Source of the DNA: a bacterium
GTDB taxonomy: Bacteria > Zhuqueibacterota > Zhuqueibacteria > Residuimicrobiales > Krinioviventaceae
Length of the DNA: 64,000 nucleotides
Assembly: GCA_963693055.1 (NCBI GenBank)
Contig: OY843751.1
Coordinates: 5,216,001-5,280,000 of the forward strand
Reading direction: 5' to 3'
This document shows positions 41,354 to 51,237 of this stretch, piece by piece. Positions within the stretch are counted from its first letter, which is position 1. Every line of letters begins with the position of its first letter. Both the position numbers and the translations under genes were made by a program. The notes below the pieces were generated by a model, which saw only the letters and a list, made by a program, of their open reading frames with translations, made no database searches and was not told the DNA's origin.

Positions 41354-44300
41354 TTATTTAATCAGTACAAAAGTTTTTAATTCTTCCTTGTCGCCTGAAC
41401 TGTCTTTAACCTGAAAATGAATCAGGTAACGTCCGTTCATTGCCATTTTACCGTAATCCGATATACCGTCCCAGTACAACACTCTGTCTATACCTTTTTG
41501 CATAAACTTGCCATCTTCCAAGGTCTTGACCAAATCACCAATCATATTATAGATCTTGACAGTAACTTTGGGGGCTACGGTTTTATCTGATGTTAAATCA
41601 AATAGTATCTCCAAAGGCGCAACATTGGGAGAAAATGGATTCGGATTAAAACGAATATTGTGAATACCCAAAGGTTCAGCAGATTCCATGATGGCAAATC
41701 TTCCCAGGGTAGAAATATCAATACTGAGCTGCCCCGCTGCCGGGGTTACCTCATCAACAATTTCCCATTCCAGCCACTTTGTATTCCAGCGTCCAACAGT
41801 CAGGCCTTCTGCCGACTTGCTGTCTGGTACCGGTAATACCATAGTTGCGGGTTTATTAAAGGTAAACCCTGCGGGAGAAAGCTGGTAAACATCTCCAACA
41901 ATCTGATAGGTTTTGGTTGTCTTCATTGAAGATGCCAGCGAAGGCTTGCGAAGCTGCAAAACCGCGTTTTGGGTTACACAACTGTCTTCAATGAACAACT
42001 GAACTCCCTTTTTATTGCTGACAGACAAATCCGTGTTACCTGGCACCAGCGATTGCGTAACGGAAATCGCTTTGGTTGCAATTTTGCCTGTAAATGCATC
42101 GGTCAGGGTCAAGACCAAAGACCCTACAAAATCATCAGAAGGATCGACCAAGCCATCATCACCAAGTTGATCAAGTCCACCGGCAAAATCCACAGACCAT
42201 TGAGGATCAATACTGGCTTCACGCTGATCATTGGTTTTTGCTGAAAAGGTATAAGTCTCTATAACCGTATTGCTAAGCTGGTCGGGACCAATAATTTTCA
42301 AATCTGCTGCAATGGCTTCCGTCATTTTAAAATCTACAGACGAGACCGTTCCTCCCTGCCACAAGCTAACAATCTGCTGAACAGGATCACTTGCATAGCC
42401 AACTTTGAAAGCAGACAATGTATATTGTGCTGCAGGCAAATGAATAAAGCTGTAAACACCATTATCGTCCGACAGCGTTGTATAACTACTGTCCGATGTT
42501 TGAGCAGTAATGGTTACACTCTGCAATTTGGCACCGGAAGCGTCTGTTATGGTACCTGTAATATTGCCATATATTTTTTCAATTTCGACATCCAGAACCG
42601 TAGCCTCGGAAAGCTTGACAGCTGCCTGGCTTTTTTGAGAATATCCATTATAGGCGTATTTGATTGTATATTCAAAAGTTTGCGCCAGTTTCTGAAAATC
42701 ATAAGAACCAGATGGGTCCGTTACACCACTGGCATAATTTCCATGACCATCAGTTGCAGAAATCTGAACACCGGCAATTGCCAAATGGGTCTCTGAATCT
42801 ATTACTTTACCAGAAAGTCTACCCTTGTTTTCGGTCAAAATAATCTCTTGAGTGGTTCCGGTCTCCACAGTAATCGCGTCGGGACTCGAATATCCTGCTT
42901 TTGCGGTTGTAATAGTATAAGTTCCCAAGGGAATATTCTTGATGATAAAACTGCCGTCATCCTGACTGAGGGTTGTAAAAAAGGTTTCGGTTCCAACTTT
43001 TTGAGCAGAAACCGTAACATCCGCAAGAGAGGCTTTATCAGATTTAATCTGACCGGAAATTACACCTTCATTTTTCAATATATATGCATCAACGGCTACG
43101 GTTTGTTCTCCAGCGACATGAATATCAAATAATGTATCAGGTGTAAAACCACTTTTAGAAATACGAACATTATAAGTTCCCGAGATCAACGCAGGCTGAC
43201 CGTTTTCATCCTGGAATGAGAAATAACCATTATTGTCAGATTCGGTCTGCATTAAAAAACCGTCCTGCGATTTGGCTGTCACACGTGCCGCAACTACCGG
43301 AGCATCAATAGTCACTCTTGAAACCGTTCCGGTGATGTTGCCCATATCTGACAATAATGTTGCCGAATTCAAAGATTTTGATTCATTATCTGCTACTGAA
43401 GCCTGGTTTTGGACTGTTGCCGGTTTATAACCATTTTTTTCAGCAAAAACATTATACATTGCGGGTTTAACATCCAGACGATAGGTACCATCTGTTTTAC
43501 TTACCGTGGTAAATGTATCAACAGCGTTTGCAGCATACACAATGGCATTTTCAACAGAATTGCTTTGTGCATCTACAATACTTCCCGTAAAACTGCTTGA
43601 TAACTGTTCAAGTTGAAATTCCATCGTTTTTACAGCGTTCAGCGCAATACTGCCGGTAGTTTTCTCAACAGTACGATATCCTGTCTTACCGGTATAGACT
43701 GTATAACTGCCGGGCTCAATGGATAGAGTAAATGAACCATCGGTTGCTGAACGTGTATTCAAGCCTGCACTTGGAATTGAGATTTCAGCATTACTGATGG
43801 CTGCACCACTAAAAGAATTAATAACACTTCCCTGTATTGTTGCAATGTTGGGTTGCAGATCAAAATCTACATTATTCAGGGTTTGGCTTGTACCTACAAG
43901 TTGAGATGTCTTTTCCTGTGTTATAAATCCGGATTTTGATACAACTAAATCCCAGGTCCCGGCCTGCAGGTTTAATACAAAATTACCATGCTGGTCGCTT
44001 TTGGTTTCAATCGTATGAGAATTTACAGCCTGAACCAAAGCATTATAAACCGGGCCGTTTCCCGAAGTGATCTTGCCTTTAATTACACTCGCATTGGGTG
44101 ACAAGATAAAATTCACATTATCCAATACCTGACCGGCAACCACTGTTATAGTGTCTGGTGATGAACTGAGATATCCTTCTTTGGCCGCTTTGATTATATG
44201 CGTGCCTGGTAAAATACCCAATTCAAAATAACCGCCATCGGATGTTGATGTGCTCTTGCCGGAATTAGAGACCAAGGCATCTGCAAGGGGTGTATAACCG

Positions 44301-47300
44301 TCTATGGTAACTTTACCCTTGACTGTGCTTGTAGCCTGATTTAGAACAAATTCAATACCACTCTTTGTCTGACCACTGGTTACTGTAGACTGAATAGCCT
44401 CGGGTGAAATATAGCCCTCTTTTTCTACCGATATGGAATAAGTGCCTTGTACTACATTCAAAGTAAACTGACCATATGCATCTGTAGTTGTCTGGTAGGG
44501 TTGACCCGATACCGGATAAGCTTTAATAATAACATTCTCTAACTGACGAGAGCCATCGGTAGCGCGTCCCTGCAAAATACCCGCATTAGATTCAAGAACA
44601 AGAGATGGGGTGACCGTAATTGTCTGCCCGCCACTTGTAGAAAGTGTTCGGGGTTCAGGAGAAACAAATCCTTGTTTTTCCACATGCAGGGTCCAGGTTG
44701 CATCTGGGACCGAAAAGCTGAATTGCCCGTTTGCATCTGTTGTGGTTTCAAATGTCTCACCATTTTTCAGAATCACACGTGCACCATAAATTGGCTGCTG
44801 ATTTGTATTCACAACTTTACCGGCAACCTTGTTGGTGTTTTTAACCATTACAAGATTCTGGCTCAATTCTTTTTGCTGCCCGGTAGTAACAGATACACTC
44901 AAAGTATCAGACAATTGGTATCCTGTTTTTTTAGCATATATAAGATAAGGACCGGGAGCAACAGTTATTCTAAAATATCCTTGTGCGTCTGTAGATGTGG
45001 TTTTCTTTATATCACTATGCAAACCATGTTGAGCAGTTACAGAGACATCATTAATTGCCGAACCATTACCATCCACAACCCGGCCCAAAACAGCACTCAA
45101 ACTGGGTGATAACCGATAGTTGACAGAATATGACTGATCTGCTACAAATGTTAATGTATCATAGCGGGTGTCATAACCTTCTTTGGTAATTTTAAACTGA
45201 TAAACTCCGGGAGAAATGTTATAATCCAGACGGCTTCCGTATAAATCCGTAGACAAGGGCATATCGTTATGGATACCATTTATTGCATCATAGACAATGG
45301 TTACACGAGGTAATACAATATCATCCGATGTTGTGGCAGTATTTTTACTATCATAGGTATGAATAGACAATTTTGCCGATGGTGCATCATATTCAAAATC
45401 ACGGCCATCACTCAAAACTTCTAATCCATTTTCCGCAACCGCAGCCACTTTCCAGCGATACCGGCCTTTCATAAACTGCTCACCGGCAGGATAATCATAC
45501 TGGGTTTCTGTTGTGGTGATTGTAGATTGCCAAACCGCACGCGCAGTTTCTATTCCAAATTCTTCCTCAATCTTGAAGGGATAAAAATGATACGCTTTTG
45601 CACCGCTTACCGCGTCCCAGGTAAACGTAATAATGTCCTGATCAAGTAATACATTGTTAGCCGGACTCTTTAATATCGGTTTATCAATATCAGGTGGAGG
45701 TAAATCAATAGTAAATTTGGAAATACCAGACTGTACAGGAGACGTCAACTCGGCAGCATTACCATAGCAGTTTAAAACAACCCACCAATAACTGTTTCCA
45801 GGTATCAAAGGTGCGGGAACACTGGTATACGTTCCGCTGGGATCAGCCATGCCATAAGGCACGCTGTTATCTGATGTTAATACAGACCAGATGGGATTTG
45901 CACCTTCAACGGTAAACTCTCGCGATTCAGGATCTTCTTCTATAATGATTTCTTCATCCGAACAGATAACAATGTAATAGGGCACACCCGGAACACGGTC
46001 CCATGTAAACATGGGTGCCAAATCTTCAATATTACCAATGGGTGTCAACATTTGCGGCGCTATGGGACTCTCGATAATAACTGTAAAAGGATCACTGGAA
46101 ACATCACCATCCGTAATACGACAGTAATGCACACCCAATCCCATACCTGCAAGCTCAGGAGTAAAAACAACACTGTTGTTGCCATTTTCTTCAACCGAGC
46201 CGGTATAAAAGCCAGGTTGTAAACCAAATTCAAAACGCGCGTTTATGGGCTGAGGTTCTACCCATTCAAGTACCATTTCTTCATTTTGTAGAAAGAAATT
46301 CAGAGTTGATGATGTAACACGGGGACGGTCAGTATATTCATCCACCTCAACCAGCCAGGTATAATCATCATAATATGAACCGTCACTAACACGAACTGTG
46401 AGTTCAACATGTCCCACATAATTTTTATCGGCTTTGTAGTTATAATTAGCCGCTGATCCATTTACCTGGTTGCCATCAACATACCATCTATAGGAAAGTG
46501 AATTATTATCCGGATCTGACGCCCTTGCACTGAATGCCGCATCAATACCTGCAATGATCAATGTATCAGTTGAACCGGGGGTAACCGATGTAATAGCCGG
46601 TGGACGGTTGGCGGGTGGGGAATTGCTAACAATCTCTACCTGTTGCTCAGAATTGGCAGGTATGGAAACATTTACATAATATACATCTGTTTGTGATGAA
46701 GTAATAACCTGTGCTACATCACCGCCTGTTACCTGGTAACCGGCATTATCATGCGCTACATAAAATTTTATCATTGCATCTTCAAACGCGACGTTATTAT
46801 CGTTTTGTATGGATGCTTTTACCTGCCAGTTTGTACCATCGTTTGCAGGAGAATAATCAACATTTAAATTTTTAAATTTCAGCAATGGCCATGATTGTAC
46901 CTCGTCACCAGATACCTTGACAAGACGATATTGTCCATTATTATTCATGGTAAATGAAGTATTCAGGTTCAAAGCCGCGCGTGAACCCAGGGTATTTTCA
47001 CCGTTGATATGGGTATGTCCGTACAAAATCATATCAACCATAAAATTATCTACAAAATCATCATCAATCTGTCGTGATTCGTCATAATGGTAAAACAAGG
47101 TGCGAAGCGCATCACCATCATCAATAGATCCCTGCAAATCGTCCTGCAACCATTCCATCTGGTCTGCAGTAAACGTTACAGTGGGTATATCATACATTTC
47201 TAAACCGGCATAATGGTGACTACCATAATTAAAGCTGTAATCCATAGTCGGACTAATATAGCGTTTCCAGTATCGATGACCGTCATACCAGAGATCATGA

Positions 47301-47920
47301 TTGCCTCCCGTAAAAAATACAGGAGCCTGACTTGCGGAGACCAATTCCTGGGCCAGTTCATATTGATCTTCTACCTGCCCATTGTCTACCAGATCGCCTG
47401 TCTGCAAAACAAATTCGGGATTAATGATAGAAATCTCATTCATGATCTTTAAAAATTCGGGAATGGTATTGCTATCATCATAATAACCAATCCAACTAAC
47501 TGAAGGTAAATGAAGATCTGGTAAATGAACAAAATAATAAGAATCTTTATATTCAGAGATGACTTTGACAGCGTGCACAGTAACATCATTAACATCCGAT
47601 GCCGTAACCTGAAGATCATATAATTCAAAAGGAGTATTTGCAGGAACCGATGCGGTTATCGACCAACGACGTTTCGTTTCGTTCCAGGTGGCATTCGTAT
47701 TTAAATTTACTGAATTATAGGGTGTATAAATACGTACCGACCAGTTAGAAGAACTACTGCTTCCCTTGCTTGTTATAATAAATGAATCTCCGGCTTTGAC
47801 TATAGTAGGACGACCCATTAATGGATATTGAATATCAGTAATTCGATCAGCGCTTAACCCTGCAGATACTGCAATGAATAAAGCAAATATAATATTGATA
47901 TACGTTCCAAGCCTAATCAT
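41354..47920 (-). CDS. 2188-aa secreted protein: metallophosphoesterase, Ig-like domains, ~12 carboxypeptidase-regulatory-like repeats, ZU5-like domain, C-terminal FlgD-Ig/T9SS-like sorting domain
   Basis: DLH, GDLVD, GNHD, GHTH motifs; repeated G.V.D..G..I.GA.V...T.TD..G.F...PG.Y....K.GY; tail PNPFSP..VKIYNMIGDLVKTL..WDG..GRYLI..KTFVLIK. Confidence 0.88.
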   Translation of the reverse strand: MIRLGTYINIIFALFIAVSAGLSADRITDIQYPLMGRPTIVKAGDSFIITSKGSSSSSNWSVRIYTPYNSVNLNTNATWNETKRRWSITASVPANTPFELYDLQVTASDVNDVTVHAVKVISEYKDSYYFVHLPDLHLPSVSWIGYYDDSNTIPEFLKIMNEISIINPEFVLQTGDLVDNGQVEDQYELAQELVSASQAPVFFTGGNHDLWYDGHRYWKRYISPTMDYSFNYGSHHYAGLEMYDIPTVTFTADQMEWLQDDLQGSIDDGDALRTLFYHYDESRQIDDDFVDNFMVDMILYGHTHINGENTLGSRAALNLNTSFTMNNNGQYRLVKVSGDEVQSWPLLKFKNLNVDYSPANDGTNWQVKASIQNDNNVAFEDAMIKFYVAHDNAGYQVTGGDVAQVITSSQTDVYYVNVSIPANSEQQVEIVSNSPPANRPPAITSVTPGSTDTLIIAGIDAAFSARASDPDNNSLSYRWYVDGNQVNGSAANYNYKADKNYVGHVELTVRVSDGSYYDDYTWLVEVDEYTDRPRVTSSTLNFFLQNEEMVLEWVEPQPINARFEFGLQPGFYTGSVEENGNNSVVFTPELAGMGLGVHYCRITDGDVSSDPFTVIIESPIAPQMLTPIGNIEDLAPMFTWDRVPGVPYYIVICSDEEIIIEEDPESREFTVEGANPIWSVLTSDNSVPYGMADPSGTYTSVPAPLIPGNSYWWVVLNCYGNAAELTSPVQSGISKFTIDLPPPDIDKPILKSPANNVLLDQDIITFTWDAVSGAKAYHFYPFKIEEEFGIETARAVWQSTITTTETQYDYPAGEQFMKGRYRWKVAAVAENGLEVLSDGRDFEYDAPSAKLSIHTYDSKNTATTSDDIVLPRVTIVYDAINGIHNDMPLSTDLYGSRLDYNISPGVYQFKITKEGYDTRYDTLTFVADQSYSVNYRLSPSLSAVLGRVVDGNGSAINDVSVTAQHGLHSDIKKTTSTDAQGYFRITVAPGPYLIYAKKTGYQLSDTLSVSVTTGQQKELSQNLVMVKNTNKVAGKVVNTNQQPIYGARVILKNGETFETTTDANGQFSFSVPDATWTLHVEKQGFVSPEPRTLSTSGGQTITVTPSLVLESNAGILQGRATDGSRQLENVIIKAYPVSGQPYQTTTDAYGQFTLNVVQGTYSISVEKEGYISPEAIQSTVTSGQTKSGIEFVLNQATSTVKGKVTIDGYTPLADALVSNSGKSTSTSDGGYFELGILPGTHIIKAAKEGYLSSSPDTITVVAGQVLDNVNFILSPNASVIKGKITSGNGPVYNALVQAVNSHTIETKSDQHGNFVLNLQAGTWDLVVSKSGFITQEKTSQLVGTSQTLNNVDFDLQPNIATIQGSVINSFSGAAISNAEISIPSAGLNTRSATDGSFTLSIEPGSYTVYTGKTGYRTVEKTTGSIALNAVKTMEFQLEQLSSSFTGSIVDAQSNSVENAIVYAANAVDTFTTVSKTDGTYRLDVKPAMYNVFAEKNGYKPATVQNQASVADNESKSLNSATLLSDMGNITGTVSRVTIDAPVVAARVTAKSQDGFLMQTESDNNGYFSFQDENGQPALISGTYNVRISKSGFTPDTLFDIHVAGEQTVAVDAYILKNEGVISGQIKSDKASLADVTVSAQKVGTETFFTTLSQDDGSFIIKNIPLGTYTITTAKAGYSSPDAITVETGTTQEIILTENKGRLSGKVIDSETHLAIAGVQISATDGHGNYASGVTDPSGSYDFQKLAQTFEYTIKYAYNGYSQKSQAAVKLSEATVLDVEIEKIYGNITGTITDASGAKLQSVTITAQTSDSSYTTLSDDNGVYSFIHLPAAQYTLSAFKVGYASDPVQQIVSLWQGGTVSSVDFKMTEAIAADLKIIGPDQLSNTVIETYTFSAKTNDQREASIDPQWSVDFAGGLDQLGDDGLVDPSDDFVGSLVLTLTDAFTGKIATKAISVTQSLVPGNTDLSVSNKKGVQLFIEDSCVTQNAVLQLRKPSLASSMKTTKTYQIVGDVYQLSPAGFTFNKPATMVLPVPDSKSAEGLTVGRWNTKWLEWEIVDEVTPAAGQLSIDISTLGRFAIMESAEPLGIHNIRFNPNPFSPNVAPLEILFDLTSDKTVAPKVTVKIYNMIGDLVKTLEDGKFMQKGIDRVLYWDGISDYGKMAMNGRYLIHFQVKDSSGDKEELKTFVLIK

Positions 47921-48090
47921 TCAACTGTTCCTTTGATGTCACATTAAATTATTTCAATTAACAGGTAAAAAATATCTTGACCTTTATTTTTAGCCCAGGA
48001 TAAAAAGGCGCAAACCCAATACAAATAAAAACTTATGCCTTTGCCAAGGGTTGCTGTTTTTTTCTCTTTCATCCTGGCATGCTACATCAA

Positions 48091-48105
48091 GCTAAATTCA
48101 TGCCA
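48091..48105 (-). promoter_or_regulatory. Candidate sigma-54 promoter for the 2188-aa/PorV-like operon
   Basis: Minus strand TGGCATGAATTTAGC versus consensus TGGCAC-N5-TTGC; lies just downstream of a terminator. Confidence 0.45.
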
Positions 48106-48110
48106 AAAAT

Positions 48111-48143
48111 AAAAAAGGGGCCTGTTAATAACAACAGGCCCCT
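48111..48143 (-). terminator. Rho-independent terminator after the Tat lipoprotein gene
   Basis: 11-bp stem AGGGGCCTGTT-N6-AACAGGCCCCT followed by a T-tract on the minus strand. Confidence 0.85.
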
Positions 48144-48155
48144 AAAAGTTCGGAT

Positions 48156-50612
48156 TTATGAAAATAATTGTAAAGGAAGATTGATTATGGATTTTGAAAT
48201 CTTGGCCCCTACCGGCAATTCATATACAGAGGCAATGATCTCTTCGAGGTAATATTGGTTAGAGATACCACGATACGTGATCTTGTTCATAAACTCACTT
48301 GCATCATACTCGTCGTTTAACACGGTTTGGTCCCACTGGCTATCATCCAATTGACCAAACATGTTCATCAACGCACGCCATAACTGAGTAAACACCCGTT
48401 TTTCATCCAAAGTATCTTGTGTTACCACAAGACCTTTAGAAACCTTGTGAGGACCGGCAGATGTGTGAGCATTACCATCTGTTTCTGCTGTGGTTGGCCG
48501 GTTAAACTCTGCTTTAGATTGTGTCCACAACAGACCGGTTTCGGCATCATTATTTAAAAATGTGTACTCGTAACCGGTTTCATCTTCTTCAACTGTAACA
48601 GTTCTGTCTATTTGCGCTGCTTCAGCCAGGGTTTGTAAACGAAGTTTGTTGCGTGTAGCAAGTGCAATCCAGCTATTTACATTACTAATTAAATCACTTG
48701 TAGCTTGTTGATTTTCACTTGCCATTCCCAAAATACGCAAGGGCACAATTCGCTCATTACCATTTCCTACCTGGGTTACACTATCAGCCCATTTCATAAG
48801 ATAGGCAAAGCTGGACTCGCCAACCGGGTCCTGAACATTGGGGTTAATCACCTTAATCAATTCTTCCAAAAGAAATGTTTCTTTATCATATAAAGGTACT
48901 ATAAACGCTGAATTCATCTCACCCGACGGTAATGTATAAGGTAAAAATACGGGTACAATGGCGCTGCTTTCATCACCAAGCGTAATACTACCGGTGTCAC
49001 TTGCAGCTTCAAATTGTGCCAGACCATTTATATCGCTCATACCAATCTGTCTTGAATTTTGAAGTATTTTAACACCATTCCAAACCTGCAAATCAAAACT
49101 AACACCAGTCCGTTCAAATAAAACTCCATCCACCAGTTTTAACTGCATGGGGTATCCTTTACTTTGAACAGCCGGACTTGATGTAAACTGGGACTCGTTA
49201 TCGTCCACATCAATCACCCGGATAGCATAATAATAGGTTTGCGCGCTTTCGGGATTGTCAACAACCAATTGCACCAAATTTCCGGTTGCAACACCCGGTT
49301 GATAATCAGCTTCAATCAGCTCTGCTTTTGTAATGCTGCCTTCATTCGAAATGGGTTCAAGGTCTCTGAAAATATCAAATCGCAGTTCAGTACCCACAGC
49401 AGATTTGCCATCGCTGGTCTTGTCTGCAGGAACTGTCCAGCTTAGTATAACCTCTCCCGGATTTGTTCCGGTAACAGCGTTTAATGCACTAACCGCATCC
49501 GGTATTTGTGAACCGGCATCCACTTCGGTAGTAAAGCTCCAGGTATATTCCTGTCCGTCGTTAAAATCATTCCCGGCAAGATCCTGTAAACCTGTCAAAT
49601 GAACCGTGTAAATAGTACTGGGATCCAAAACACTTTCAGGGATAAATCGCAAAGTACTTAACCCTGCATCATAACTTGCACCACCCTGAACACGGGTGCC
49701 TGTGGAATCTGTTAAAAATATTTTTTCCACAATACCTGTACTGTTTAGCTTTTCATTAAATACTGCAAAGATTGTTGTATTAATATCCACACCCAAAGAA
49801 CCATTTGTGGGATTAAAATCTGTTAAAATTGGCGGATCATTATCAGGATTCGCTGTAGTCATAAACTCGTAAACAAATTCACCACCAGGTAAATTATCAT
49901 TATCGCCATCCAGCGAAAATCCCCATTCATCTTTAACATTTTCAGAAATCTTGATCTGATATTCTTTACCATAAATCAAAGACGCAGCATATAACTGGAT
50001 CTCTTTTTTGGTTTCATCATAAACTACCGAAATGGTAACATTGCTGTTGTTCTCTTTTTCAACAAGGCGAACATTAGCCAATGTAATAGTAGAAGCATCC
50101 AATGCATTACTGACCTGCAGATGGATGTAAACATTTTCAATAACATTGTCTACCAGATTATAAACATGAGTAACGGATGTTGCAGGTACTACGGTAATGT
50201 TGATCTTGTATTTACCACCCGATCTTCCGTCATTATCACCATCAATCAGGTCTCCTTCAACCGTAGTTACCCCATCAACAACCAACCGATATTCGCTGGC
50301 TGGGGTTAATGTGGGAAAAATTACAGTACACTGGGTTTCGCTATCAACTTTGACAGTATGCCCCGTTATAACTGTACCGCCTGTATCTTCAATATATACA
50401 GTATCTGTGCTTACCTTACTCACAGAACCACTAAATTTAATTGTTGCCGTTTCACCCACCGGTTTTACTCCTGTAGTAGAGTTTGAACCGGTTACCACAC
50501 TCTGCACAATGACAACCTTTTTAGTAGAAACCGGATCCGTCTCGCACGCCAAAGCAAGCGCGCCCAAACCCGCCACTACGTTTTTAATAAAATGCCTTCG
50601 TGTAGAATTCAA
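48156..50612 (-). CDS. Tat-exported lipoprotein with three SbsA/Big_5-like Ig domains, an FN3-like domain and an unknown C-terminal region
   Basis: GGAGG RBS then TTG at 50612; STRRHFIK twin-arginine motif and LALAC lipobox; DGDNDG..GG loops; Big_5-like P.NGS.GV....I...FNE.L..DLAGN. Confidence 0.8.
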   Translation of the reverse strand: MNSTRRHFIKNVVAGLGALALACETDPVSTKKVVIVQSVVTGSNSTTGVKPVGETATIKFSGSVSKVSTDTVYIEDTGGTVITGHTVKVDSETQCTVIFPTLTPASEYRLVVDGVTTVEGDLIDGDNDGRSGGKYKINITVVPATSVTHVYNLVDNVIENVYIHLQVSNALDASTITLANVRLVEKENNSNVTISVVYDETKKEIQLYAASLIYGKEYQIKISENVKDEWGFSLDGDNDNLPGGEFVYEFMTTANPDNDPPILTDFNPTNGSLGVDINTTIFAVFNEKLNSTGIVEKIFLTDSTGTRVQGGASYDAGLSTLRFIPESVLDPSTIYTVHLTGLQDLAGNDFNDGQEYTWSFTTEVDAGSQIPDAVSALNAVTGTNPGEVILSWTVPADKTSDGKSAVGTELRFDIFRDLEPISNEGSITKAELIEADYQPGVATGNLVQLVVDNPESAQTYYYAIRVIDVDDNESQFTSSPAVQSKGYPMQLKLVDGVLFERTGVSFDLQVWNGVKILQNSRQIGMSDINGLAQFEAASDTGSITLGDESSAIVPVFLPYTLPSGEMNSAFIVPLYDKETFLLEELIKVINPNVQDPVGESSFAYLMKWADSVTQVGNGNERIVPLRILGMASENQQATSDLISNVNSWIALATRNKLRLQTLAEAAQIDRTVTVEEDETGYEYTFLNNDAETGLLWTQSKAEFNRPTTAETDGNAHTSAGPHKVSKGLVVTQDTLDEKRVFTQLWRALMNMFGQLDDSQWDQTVLNDEYDASEFMNKITYRGISNQYYLEEIIASVYELPVGAKISKSIINLPLQLFS

Positions 50613-51060
50613 TTTATACCTCCCGGATATTCGATGGGTGGTGCATAACACCCAACATTATTTTCTGTTCCATATTTATCGGTCCACATACTAGTGCGCC
50701 CATACGTGTTGCAAAAATCCAGCCGTAAGCGTTATTAATAAAAAGATAATCACATTCAGGCTAATCACTATTTATGGTAAAACCTATTTTTTTCAAATCC
50801 TGTAATCATATGTCTTTTCAACAATTAACGCACTTGAAATTCAAGTAAAAACGTTACTCTAGATTAAACGAACACGGATTCCAAGTCATTCCATCGTTCA
50901 AATAATTTTCACAGGACTGTATTACAAAATAGTATTTTAAAAATTACCAAAGCAGAATTCAAATTACATAAATTTTTCTCCAACTATAATTACTTGTAAA
51001 CAATTTACAAGGTTAATGCATCTAATATTATGGAGCAATTTAAGAATTTTTAAAAGAATA

Positions 51061-51088
51061 TGGGAACATTGAAAAACTTTTATTCGTT
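51061..51088 (+). promoter_or_regulatory. Candidate ECF-sigma promoter (GGAAC-N17-CGTT)
   Basis: TGGGAACATTG...CGTT upstream of the Omp85-fusion gene; a separate TTGATT-N17-TAAAAT lies at 51129-51157. Confidence 0.5.
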
Positions 51089-51237
51089 GATACTAAAGGA
51101 CCAAGTCAGGTATTTACAGAGTTTTACCTTGATTTTCAGGCTATATTTTAGTAAAATGACTGTTTACATAAATTGTGCTCAATGTTTCTATTCTATCTAG
51201 TAATGAGACGATTTTGGGTGAGTTAAAGGAGAAAATC

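Noticed and set aside
50197-50694. 165-aa plus-strand ORF
   Set aside because: Antisense to the Tat lipoprotein gene, with a composition typical of a shadow ORF.
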